A program made the position numbers and the translations under genes. A stretch of DNA of 64,000 nt from Geosiphon pyriformis uo1 (lineage: Eukaryota; Fungi; Glomeromycota): positions 1,067,696 to 1,131,695 of the forward strand of contig JAAOMT010000602.1 in assembly GCA_016748015.1 (NCBI GenBank), given 5' to 3'. Positions 43,950-55,697 of this stretch are shown piece by piece; position 1 is the first letter of the stretch, and each line of letters begins with the position of its first letter. Under the pieces are notes generated by a model, which had not been told where the DNA came from, did no database searches, and saw only the letters and a list, made by a program, of their open reading frames with translations.

Positions 43950-44900
43950 ATAATAACATTAATATTTAAGTTTTTTATTAAATATAATTTTTATACAAAG
44001 TATTAATCTTAAAAATTGTTTTATTAAAAACTTTTTTAAATTTAAAAATAACAAACTATTGATAATAATTAATATTAAAATTAAAAATTAAAACAGATTT
44101 AATTATTAACTTAAAAAAACAAATTACTAATTTTAAATACTCTATAATTAAAAAAAATTAACTAATTTGGTTTTAAATATATTATAAAAACAATAAATTT
44201 TTTTAATTAATAAGAAAAAAAATTTAATATTATTTTTTATTGTTAAATCTAATTAACAAACTAAAACAATTTTAACAGCTTTGAAATTTTTAAATTATAT
44301 AATAATATATTATTATAAACCAATAAATTTTAATTTAATATTTGAAATTTTATTAAAAATATACTTAAAATATTTTTGATTTTGTTAGAAAATAGTCAAA
44401 AAAATATTATATAAAATTATAATAACAAAAACAAAAACAAAAACAAATATTACAAAAAATTTTACAATTTTAAAAATAATAAAAAAAGTAGTAAATATAA
44501 TTTAAATAATTATATTTAAAAACTTAAAATGTAAATTATATATAAAAAAAATTTATATTGTTTTTAATAATTGATTTTAAACCAAAAAACTATGTAAAAA
44601 TTATAATACAGTCTTAATATAAGCTAATTTAATTTTAACAGTTTTATTTAATATTAAAATAAAAACCATTAATTCAAAAAACTTTTAACAATTAATAAAA
44701 CCAACAGTATTTTTAAAAAATAATGTTTTAATTTTTTAATTGGTTTAATTTTTAAAATTAATTAAAAAATTACATATAAAAATATATTTTGTTTTGTTTT
44801 TAAAACTAATAATAATTAATTAAAATTTAATATATTAAATAATTTAATTATATATTAATTAAAACCAGTTTTAATAAATATATTTTTATTGTTATTATTA
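43950..44900 (-). repeat. Third ghost copy of the LINE-ORF1-like family
   Basis: 44120-44180 matches 6960-7020 and 13160-13220. Boundaries approximate. Confidence 0.55.
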
Positions 44901-45102
44901 AAATAAATAAAATTTTAATATTTATAATTAAATTTAAATTTAATATTTTAATTAATATAATTATAATAAAGCTAGTATAAATATTAAAAAATTATATAAA
45001 TTCAATATTATATTTTTTATAAAAAAACAGTATTATAAATAAGTTTTTAATTATATTTGTAATTTAATATTATTATATATTAGAATTAAAATAAAAAAAC
45101 CA

Positions 45103-47780
45103 AAAAACTTCTTTTTTTCCTTTATTTCAATTCTTAAAAAAGAGTTCAGAATTTTGAAAGAAGTTTTTTCTGTTTTACTATTGTATATTTTACTATTTCT
45201 CAAATACCAAACTTATTTGTTGTCAAACTGGCTATTATTATAAATAATTTTGGTGTTAAAAAAAAATCAGTCAGAGTTACAATTTCAAGTTCTATTAATA
45301 GAAGTTTGGCTTAAAAACAGAAGTTGTCACTTAATAATATTAAGTATTCTAATAATAAAACAAATCTAAGTTTTAGAAATTCAAAGAGGATTACTGGCCA
45401 ATTTACTAGTATAAATACAAATAATAATGTTTGTAATAAGAGTAAAGCTCAATTAAATTCTAAGATAAATACACTTAAAACAAAAAGAGTTAATATTAAA
45501 GCTGTGATTGGTTTTTTTATTGGTTTTTTAGTCTTTAATATAAATAATAAAGATAAGATATCTTTTCCTTCCCATCTATCTATCTCTTTTGACAAAAGGT
45601 AGATTGATCTAAAAATTGTCAAAAATCAGGTTAAAGTAACAATTAAAAAATTTTTTACATTAAATATTAATATTTTGGTAGTAGAAAGCAATTTGATAAC
45701 TGTAAAAACTTAGTTAATCAGTAAAATATTTTTAATAGTTAATAATATTAGAAGGATTACTACCTTCTTAAAATTTAAAAAAATTATCTGATCTTTATTT
45801 ACATCTAAAAAAAACATAAAAAAAGCTATATCATTAACTGAAGATAAGAGAATTATTATAAACAAGAAATGTATTCAAATTAGACTATAGTAATTAAAGA
45901 GATTCTTATAAATATAATTAGAGATATAATTGTTATTACAATATCTAAATTTGGCCAAATTAAGTCAATTAAAGTTTAATTAATTAGGTTATGGCAAAAA
46001 ACTGTGGTGAAATTTGCTAAATTGGGTTAGACTAAACAGTTAGCTTTTAAATAGTTGTTTCTAATTAGAAAAAATTTAATATATGTGGCTATGATTATGA
46101 AAAATTGCAATACTTAGATGTCTAGAAATTGGTTTAGAGTGCTTTTGTTTATCTTTTTTATAGAAACAACAGCTTATAATTTGGGTATTTTGTTAGATAA
46201 AACTAATAAAAAAATCAGTGTTATTAATTGTTTATTTGTAACTGACAACTGAATTTACTGTGCTGTAGTTAGTTTCAAATCAGATAAAGAGTTAGAGTCT
46301 GTTTTTGCACAGAACTGATTTTTGGTAATATAAAACTCTTATGGATTAAAATAAATCTGGTTCAATATAAAAAGTGTAGAAAGTTTGGTCATTCTGCTTT
46401 AAAATATGATGCATCAAATACATTCACTTCTGTGTCTTCAAAAACATTTAAAAAAGTTGTTTTTAATGCAAATTGTATTTAATTGGTCAAGTTGTATGCA
46501 AAAAAAAGTGTTTCCATTTTCTGTTTTATTGTCTTTGATAAAAAATCTTGGACATAAGTGGTTTTACTTGCTTTTTTAGAATAATACTTATTTTGGTTCT
46601 GGGTTTTTTTTTTCTGGTATATTATACAATAAAATAAGTGTTTTAGCTATTCTTGATAATTTGCATATTGATATTCATCTGGCTTTTTTAAAACATTTTT
46701 TAGAGTTTTTAGTTGACCAAATATCAGATATTATAAAAAAATTAAACATTGTTAATCTGGTGCTACTTGTGTTTGCCTCTTGTTTTTTTTTTCTTGTTAT
46801 GTCTATACTTTTGGTTTTAGATTTAGATTTAAGTATGGTTTTAAACATTTTACATGTGTTTTCTACACTTTTTTTTTCAGTTATAAATAATACAGCTTTA
46901 GCTTTAAACTTGAGTAGTTCAAAAGTTTTGACCATTAAAGTAAACAGTCTAGAATTAAAGTTGTTAACTCTTAACACTTCTGTTTATTCAGTTTTAGTAA
47001 AGTTAAATCAATTATATGCTGGTTTAAATTTTTTGGCTTGCCTTTTATCTCAATAAGTGATTTGGTTTAGAAAATTGCTATATACAGTGTTTATGGTATC
47101 AATATACTAACTAAGTAAGAAGATGTTGTGTGTTAGCATATAGATTCTAATAATATGGTTTCAATTATTATAGAAACAAAATTAAGATTTGGTATTAGGC
47201 TCTAAATTATAAACAAATTTAATAGAATGTGAGTTTTTATATTTGGTTTGAAAAAAAGTTTTTTTAGTACTGGAGTAACTATTATTATTAGTAATTTTCT
47301 GGTTCAACATGTATCTAAAGTAGAGAAGATCTTTGGTTAAATTATTTTAGTGAGATTTTTGTTTAAAAAAAAGTTGTCAATTTTAATTTAAGATTTATAT
47401 GCTGGTATTTCTGTTAAAACAAGATTTAATTAGGCTTTAAAAATTAATTCCAGTATTTTTGTAATATTAGATAGAAATTTCAATAAAGATGGCTCAAAAA
47501 AAAATATGAGTTTTAAATTTTGTGTGAATTTAGAGTTGGTTAACTTATTTTGTGAACATTTTTTAGTTAAAGCTTTTACTTAGAACAACTCTAAGGGCAT
47601 TGAAAAGATTATTAATTTTATTTTTGTGAACCAAAATCTAGTATCTGTGATTATTGATCATAGAATTGTCTATATATCAAATTTTTTTAATACAAATTAC
47701 AAAGTTGTTTTGGTTGTGGTTGGCTTAAATGGTCTTTTAAACATTCATCTTAATTTTAAGTATAAACAAACTAATAGAAA
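45103..47780 (+). mobile_element. Decayed LINE 5' portion (5' UTR, ORF1, APE endonuclease), 3'-truncated
   Basis: 5' UTR matches 48072-48140; ORF1 RRM and knuckle remnants; ORF1/ORF2 junction at ~47050; ETKL and other endonuclease remnants. Confidence 0.8.
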
Positions 47781-48211
47781 ATATATTAAGTAATAGTTTA
47801 ATTGGTTTTTATTTAAATTATATTATTAATAAAAGCTTAAGTAACAAGAAAAAAAATTATATTAGCTTGGTTTTTAATTTATTTTGTTTTAATAACCAAT
47901 TTAATATTAATTTAATAATCATATAAACTTTTTTATTTTTTGACTTTACACAAAAAAAACATAAAAAATTTATTCTAGAAGTAAGAAACTATTGTATACT
48001 TAATACTTATTAGATAAATTATAATTTATTAAAATATAATTAATTTTATTATTATAAATATTGTGTGAGATAAAACTTCTTTCTCTTCTCCATTCCAAAT
48101 TCCTACAAAAGAGTCTAAAGTTTTTTAAAAGAAGTTTTTACAATTCAGTATAATAAATCAAAACCCTTTATTCTCGACTATGAGGCCACTGTTGGCTGTA
48201 GTATTGCTGTT

Positions 48212-50002
48212 ATGAAGAAGACTGCTAAAGTTTTTAGTTCTAGTAATGGCTTCAAACCTGTTCTTCCAAGGAAAAAAAGAAGAGGTGACATTTTAAAAGA
48301 TGGATCTGGTGATAAAAATGTAGATTCCAAAGCTCAAAATGTTCACTCATGGAGTTCTGAGACTGGTAACACCACTGAGTTTGAAAGTATTGACATGGAG
48401 GAGGAATGTCTGATGGAAGAGACCAGTTTTGATTATGGTGAAAGTGGTGCTCTTGCTGGCAAAGATAATGATCAAACACCCACAGATTCAAAAGTCAAAA
48501 CCAAGAAGGCATTGGGCAAACTGTTGGAAAAAATTAATTTCTTACCAAACAGTGATGATGATAATGTGCTTTTGGATGCCCTGCTAGTGCATCTCCCACC
48601 TGTGAAAAATTTTGTCAATGTTTCTGTTTGAAAATTCTTCGCTTTGAATATTGGGTTAGACAAGGTGATTGGAAACTCCTCTTAGGAAAAACTTCAAGTG
48701 GTCAGAAAGTTGTTTTTAAAAGTCAATAGTTTTGGGGAGGTCTCTACCCCCTCAAAATTTACTGGAATCATCAGAGCAACATTTACTTTTGAATCAAGTT
48801 TGGCACAGACATCCAAAATGGCTGCTGACGTGAAAGTTTTAATAAACACTAATCTTAAAATGGCAACTGGGTGTTCAGATCAGGCTGTGGTGATAAAAAA
48901 GATTCCTGTTGGAACATCTGTTAAGGCTGTGCACACTGCGCTTTCCGAATTTGGGGTAATTAAATCAGTCAAAATGCAACTGGTGGGTCTATGGCAAAAA
49001 GCAATTGTCAAGTTTAAAGATCAAAATCAGGCTGATTTTTTGGCTTCCAGATGGTCTATCCTCATTGGAAAAGATGCTGTTTGTGTGGTCAGAGCCAATC
49101 TTGATAAACAAACATGGGACTCTAGGAATCTTCATAAGACACTGTTTTATACTCTTCTCATAAGAACCAATGCTTATGATATATAGGATTTTATTAGCTC
49201 TGTGGGTGGAAAAACATGTGTAATTGACCACCATCTGGTTACATACGGCTGGGCCAGATGTGCCATTGTCTGTTTTGAGTTAGCCAATTCACTAGATGCC
49301 ATTATGGGAACCACTTCTATGTTAAGAGAGGCTTACTTTCATTGGTCTCATATTGGTTTTGCTATGTGTACAAAGTGTGGAAAATTGGGTTATACCTCTC
49401 TTGGCTGTGTCTCTGGTGGGAAATTTTCTTCTGGTGATGTACCATGCCGAGTTCTTTCAGACACAAATAAAAGCAGGCTGGCAGCCATTTATGCTAAACG
49501 TTTGGCACTGGTTGTTTGTCTTGTTTCTTTTGGTGGCATTTCGTGGGCCAAGATTGTTGCTGGTTTTTCCTCCACCCCCCTTTCTGTTTGAAATGTCTTG
49601 CTGAATGCTGGCTCCTCTTCAGAGATGAAGCCTACCCTACATGTGTCTTCGGAATTGAATAATAGGTTTGCCATTCTTAAGCGCAGTCTCACCAGTCTCG
49701 CAAAGTACATAGATAAGCTGGCTAAGAAGTTGGATGCATCTGGGCCAACGGTTTCTCAGCTTAGCTCTGGATGTCAGCCATTAGTAACCCCTTTATTACA
49801 GAATTAAGGAGCAGATATAGTGATAAATGAGGGTTCAAGTGTGGCCACTAGTGATGGGACTGTTGTAGGAGTGGTAATATTTGATACTTCTGTTATCACA
49901 AAAATGGAGGAAACATTGAGAAACCTTTCGGTTACAGTTATGAGTCTTTCGGCTAAGATGGAAAATGGTGATTCAGTTCCTGATATTTGTTCCTCTTAAT
50001 GA
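48212..50002 (+). pseudogene. LINE ORF1 (RRM-like domains, CCHC knuckle, coiled-coil-like C-terminus)
   Basis: RRM-like VVIKKIPVGTSVKAVHTALSEFGVIKSVKM...AIVKF and CTKCGKLGYTSLGC (decayed CX2CX4HX4C). In-frame stops present. Confidence 0.85.
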
Positions 50003-53000
50003 ATGAGTTGATTTGGAAAATTGTTACTTGCAATGTTAAAGGAATGAACAATCTTGCAAAACAGAATGATATCATTTGTTGACACAAAGACATAGACAAT
50101 TTGGTTTCTATTTTTACTGAGTCTAAGTTGAAAGGAAAGGTTCACACCTGGATCATTAATAAGTTTAATGGTGTGCGAATGTTTACCTCTGGTTTAGAAT
50201 CTAGTTATCTGGGTGCTGATATTGTGGTTGTCATAAACTTTTCTTTGGCGAAACACATTTGCAAGGTGTCGAAAGTACCTAGTCAGCTCCTGTCTATCAA
50301 GTTGTTTTTTAAGAATAAACTTTTGGTGTCTATTTTGGGGCTCTACACTGGTGCTTCCTCAGTAGTTCGGTTTTCTCAGGCTAGCAATATCAACTTTTTT
50401 ATCACAAAGGCTGTCAATGAAGCTTCCTTCATCATTCTCAGTGGTGATTTTAATGAAGATAGTTCTTATAAATATGCAAGTTTCAAAAAATGCCTTGATT
50501 TAGGGCTAGTTAATTCTTTGGTTGGTAGCCCGGCTATAAAAGAGCCTACTTGGGCTAATTCTAGGGGTATTATAAAGACAATTGATTATGTGCTTGTTTT
50601 TTTGAATCTGGTTGATGCAATAGTGAATTGCAATGTTTCAGAAGTTAGTAAGCATTTTGACACGAATTACCAATCTGTTTCTGTGTCTGTGGATTTGGGT
50701 GGACTTTTGGATATGTGGTTGAACTCTCTTTACAAGCAAGCAAATAAGGACCAATGGAAGTTTGATTTTAAGGTGCTGATGAGATTAAATAAAACAATTT
50801 TAAGAGTGCCATATTGGCCAATGCTATATTGTTTTTGGATAAGTTTGCCACCTCTGTGAAGTATTTAGATTTGGATGCAATGTGAGATGTTGTTCACAAG
50901 ATAATGGTTCTCTTGGCTAATAAAGTGTTCAAAAAGAAATGGTTTAAAGGCTTTGATAATGTTTTTACCAAGGAATCTTTAAGATTCCACAAATTGAAGC
51001 TTTTGGTTTCCAGAATAGTCAAGGCCTAACATGAGGAATGTATTACAAATTTTGAGTTTCTTATGGAACATTGGATTTCTTTGGACAATGTTAGAGCTTT
51101 AGTTGTACAAAATATAGTGGACTCTGGTGCTGGCTCTGTTTGTGTTTGTTCTGCTCTTTTTGCAGCTAGGAGGTCTTATCATGCATCCAAGCTTGCTGAG
51201 TCTTTGAGGGCTAAGAAGGCAAACATCAGGTCTGCTATAGATAAGAGAATAGAAAGTTTTGAGGTGAATAAAGGCCATATGATCAAAAGTGTGCTGAAGT
51301 GTCTGTTTTGTAAAGTGGTGTTTGATTATCTAGTTGTTGACAATAATCTGATTCTGGAACCCAATTTGGTTAAGTTTAAGGTGGATGTGATTATGGAGGG
51401 TTGGACTAGGAAGCATCAAGTGATTAATGATGTCTCTGGGAATTGGAGTTGTCAATATCAGTCTTTGGAGTATGTTTTTAATGAAGCTTTTTCTAGTGTT
51501 ATGTGTTCGATTGGTTTTGATGAACTGTTTGGTGTAATTTCTCATCTGCCTGATGGCAAAGCTGCTGGTCTCTTAGGTATATCAAATGAACTTTGGAAGC
51601 ACTGTGATAGGGTGGTTCTGGATATGCTTATGGTGCTTTTGAATTCTTGTCTGTCTGGTAAATCAGTGCCCAGTTCTTGAAAAAAGGCTTGGGTCTCAAT
51701 GATTTCCAAACCATATGAATGAGAAGGTGTTTTAATGAATACTTGACCTATTGCTTTGATTGAAATGGCTTGTAAGATTCTTTCCAAGATTCTCTCTGAT
51801 AGGATTTCTTTGGTGTGCAGCATTTTTGATGTTCTTTGTGGAAACAATTTTTCGGTTTTGAAGGGTACAACAACTTAGTTCCCCATTTTTGCTATTGGTT
51901 CAGTTATTGAGGATGCTCTAGAGAAGAACCAAGAGCTTTGGTTGGTTTTGCAGGACATGCGACAAGCATATGATTCAGTTGGCTGGGAGCATCTTGAAAA
52001 AAGTTTGGTCAGGATTAAGATGTGCAGCAAATTTATTCAGTTTTTTGGCAGTATTCATAGGGATCACACCAACTGTGTGATGACAGATTTCAGTTTAACA
52101 GATGGCTATTGCATGCATGATGGCCTGGACCAAGAGGAGGTTTTTTCCCTTCTTCTGTGGCATATATTTTATGATTCTCTGTTGTGTGAAGTCAAGCATC
52201 AGGAAAGTGTGTGCGAGTATAGATTGATTTCTCATTTTGTTTCCAAAAATGGTCACGCCAAATCTCAATTTGGGCTTTCTTCTTTTTTTGCTGCTGGTGT
52301 TTTCATTGATGACACAATCTGGGTTTGTAGCATTTAAAGTGCTACTTAACATATTCTCAATATAGCTAGTGAATTTTTTCGGATTAACAACATTTTGATC
52401 AATAATAACAAAACAGTGGCCATTTTCATCAATAGCAGAGTCAGCAATTTTTTTCTTTCTATCAGTGGCTTGCCAATCTCTATTGCCAAAAAGGGTGAAT
52501 CTCATCAGTATTTAGGTAGTTTTCTCTTAACTAAGAGTCTTTTAAAGTCTAGTCTGACTAAGACTAATTCGGACGTTCGTTTTTTCACCAATCTAGTCTT
52601 AAGAAAAACTGTCTCAGATAAACAGTTCTTATATTTGGTGTTGGCAATTTTCTATTCAATAGTCAGTTATAAGACGCAGTTCAGTTTTGTTCCAATTGGT
52701 ATGTACAACAAGTGAGATGCTCTGGTTCATAAGGGTTTGAAGATCAAGTCTGGTTTGCCACTTAATTTTCCTAGTGATACAATCCACCATCCTTCTTTTT
52801 ATGGTTTGAAGACCTTTGTTCAGGTTCAGTCTGAGAGCAAGATTGCTTCTCTTGTCAGTTTTGCGAACTCTAATAGTATTTTGGGTCATCTGTTTTCTTA
52901 CAGGTCTCATAATTTGCAAGTTTTGTGTTGGTGTCTTGTTCACTTTTTGTATTCTCCTGTTTGCATTTGTGTCAGTGCCTTTGATAATTATTTGGCAGAC

Positions 53001-54687
53001 ATGGTTTGTATTTTTCTTGATTACAATTTGTCTCTGGGTGGTTTTCTGGCCAGTTTTTTCCATTTTTATAGTGGAGTTCCAATGTCTGCTGTTCTGAGCA
53101 AGTTAAAGTTTCTTAGGTTTCTCCCTTCTCTCCAGTGGTATGGTATTGCCTTTGTAGATTAACTTCGTGACTGTTATGGTGCTGTCTTTGATTGGTATAC
53201 CTTCAAGCATTGGAAAAGATTGGACCCCCATAGTCCTGTTCCTAAGTGGTTTAAGCTTTCTGCTGTGTTTCTCAACAATGTGTTTTCTCTTCCTACTTTT
53301 CCTGTGGTCTTAAATGATATTGGTCCAGTGAACATTTTTAATTCTGGTGATTTTGTGTCTGTTTGTAAGTGTCTTTCTCAAGTTGGTGCTGGTAGCTTGT
53401 CTGTGTATATGGATGGATCTCTGAAGGATTTGGGTATAATAGGCTGTAGAGCTGGTGCTGCTGCTTTTTTTGAGAACATTGGTTTGGGCTTGAGCGTCAG
53501 TGTGTTGGGGCTAATGTTGTCTACTTTGGCTGAGTTACAAGCTATTGCATTGGCCTTGGAATGCATTCTTTCATCTAGTTCTGTTTACTTGTATTCGGAT
53601 AGTCAGGCTGCTTTAGATGCTTATAGGTTGGTGTTGAATATAATTTATCTTGACTTTTATAATCAGTGTTGGGTTGAGCATCAGCACATCGTCAATGTCA
53701 TTCATGATAAGGATTTGAGGATTAGTTGATACAAGGTGAAGGGTTACTTTGGCATTTTAGGAAATGAACATGCTGATGCCATTGTTGGTAATGTTTCTCT
53801 TTCCAGTCGGTTTCTTCCTCCTCACCTGAGTAAATGCTTTTTGATGGCTGATGGTAGTATTGTTTCTGGCAATTCTTGACACTTTGTTTGTGATGTTTTT
53901 TGTTCCATCTGTTAGGCATATTGGAAAGTTGGTTTGAGTTCCAAGTTTTTGCCAAGTAATTTGATTTCTGAAGTTGATTGGCTCTGCTTTTCATTGGTGT
54001 GACATCCTGATTTGCACATGGCCACTGGTTTTATTAGCAGACTCTTGGCTAATGTGTGTACTTATTTCATGAAGGCTTTGCATCATTGACTGCCTGTGGC
54101 TGTCTGGAAGTGTCTTTATAATAGACTTTATCCTAGTGTGTTGTGTTTGTATTGTGGTAATGTAGAGGTGTCAGATCATGTGTTCTTTTGTAAGATGGAC
54201 GAATCTGCTCAGTGTCAATTGTTGGATTCTCACGTGGATTTCTAGAGAGCACTCTCTGGTCTTTTTTTTTCCTTTTTCAGGTATATTGCAGCTGTTGTTG
54301 TCTTGTGTTTCTGATTCTTTGGTGTCTATGACTCTATTTAAGGGTTTTGTTTTTAATGGTTGGTTTTATGAGACTGTTTCCATCTTCTGCAATCCCAAAG
54401 TTGCTGGTAGGGAAATTGTCAAGTTTGTGTGCTCTCTTGGTGCTGCTTTTAGAAAGAATGTTTGATCAGTTTGCACCAAGCACTGTGCTTGCATGGAAAA
54501 AAATGGGTTGATTCCACTTGATGATTCAGTTATCATATCAGTTTCTGGTTTTGCTTTGAGGTTTTCTGCTGGAGTGGTCAAATTGCTGGGCATCACTGAG
54601 GCTTTTGGTATTTGTTTTGGATTTCACAAATTTTGTTTGTTTTTTTTAGGTGTAGGTGACTCAGTTTCAATTCATATAGCTGTGTAA
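49999..54687 (+). pseudogene. LINE ORF2 (APE endonuclease, RT, RNase H, Cys-rich C-terminus)
   Basis: APE: TCNVKGMN, TESKL, SGDFNE, IDYVL. RT: QDMRQAYDSV, GLDQEEVFS, FIDDTIW. RNase H: VYMDGS, AELQAIALAL, YSDSQAAL, KVKG..GNEHAD. C-terminus: CLYCGNVEVSDHVFFC. Confidence 0.92.
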
Positions 54688-54695
54688 TGTAGTTC

Positions 54696-54718
54696 TGACC
54701 AGTCCGAATGGCTGGTCA
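54696..54718 (+). other. Conserved LINE 3' UTR stem-loop TGACCAGTC-CGAAT-GGCTGGTCA
   Basis: 9-bp stem with one G-T pair just after the ORF2 stop. Equivalent decayed motifs at ~28130, ~58940 and ~10235. Confidence 0.75.
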
Positions 54719-55697
54719 TGTGTAGAAAGTGCATAATTTATGCCTAATTTAGATTATTTCTTTGATGTATAGTATTAAGCAGTGTTTGGACCTCACTCAT
54801 TAAACAAATAAAAAAAAATAAAAATAAATATTGTCAAAAAATTTAATAAACTTAATATATATTTTAATTTAAATCAAACTATTTCTTAAATAATACTAGC
54901 TAACTAAATTATAAGCTTTATACATATTTTGTAAAACCAATTAAAGTTTACAATTCTTTTTTAAAATATTTTCTATTATAAATCTAATTGTAAAGATTGA
55001 AAATTATAATATAGTATTTTTTTAAACAAAAAAATTATCTTTTTAAAAAATATTAAAAGTATTATAAGTTAAAAAAATCATATTAAAGAAAATTTTGAAA
55101 AAAATTTTTTATGTAATTTTAATTAAAACAATAAGTTTAATATTGGTTAAAACTTTATTTTATTTGTAAAATTTGAGAATTATTAACATTTATCTTTTTT
55201 TCTAAGATTATAAAACTGACTTATATATTAAATAAAAATTTAATAAATTTAAAAAGCATTTTTAAAATTGACTTATTATAGTATTTTCAAAATTTATTAG
55301 TAATTTCAAATAAGTCTACAGCCTTTTTATTAGACAAATTCTTAATTATATTCAATATTTTATCAAAATTAATAATATTTATAATCTCAAAAAACATTTT
55401 ATTGTTACTATAATTCAAAAACAAATATTAATAATACTATAAATTTAAAATAATGTCTAAAACTTTTTTCTATAATCTTATTTATTTTAGATTTAATTTT
55501 ATTAGATTTTAGAACCAATATATTTTTAACAACTAAATAATTTAAAATTACTTTACAAAATAAATGTTCTAAAATATTTTTAATAGTATAATTCTTATTA
55601 ATTTCAAAGTTTTTTATTTACTTGTTAATAATAATCTTAATTTTTATAGTTTCAATTCTTTAAGACTTGACAAACTTAAAAACATAATAAACTTTTT

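Larger units (their letters stand above)
48065..54823 (+). mobile_element. Full-length LINE with RNase H (inactivated)
   Basis: 11-bp TSD ATAAATATTGT at 48054-48064 and 54824-54834; 5' UTR, ORF1, ORF2, 3' UTR and A-rich tail. Confidence 0.95.
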
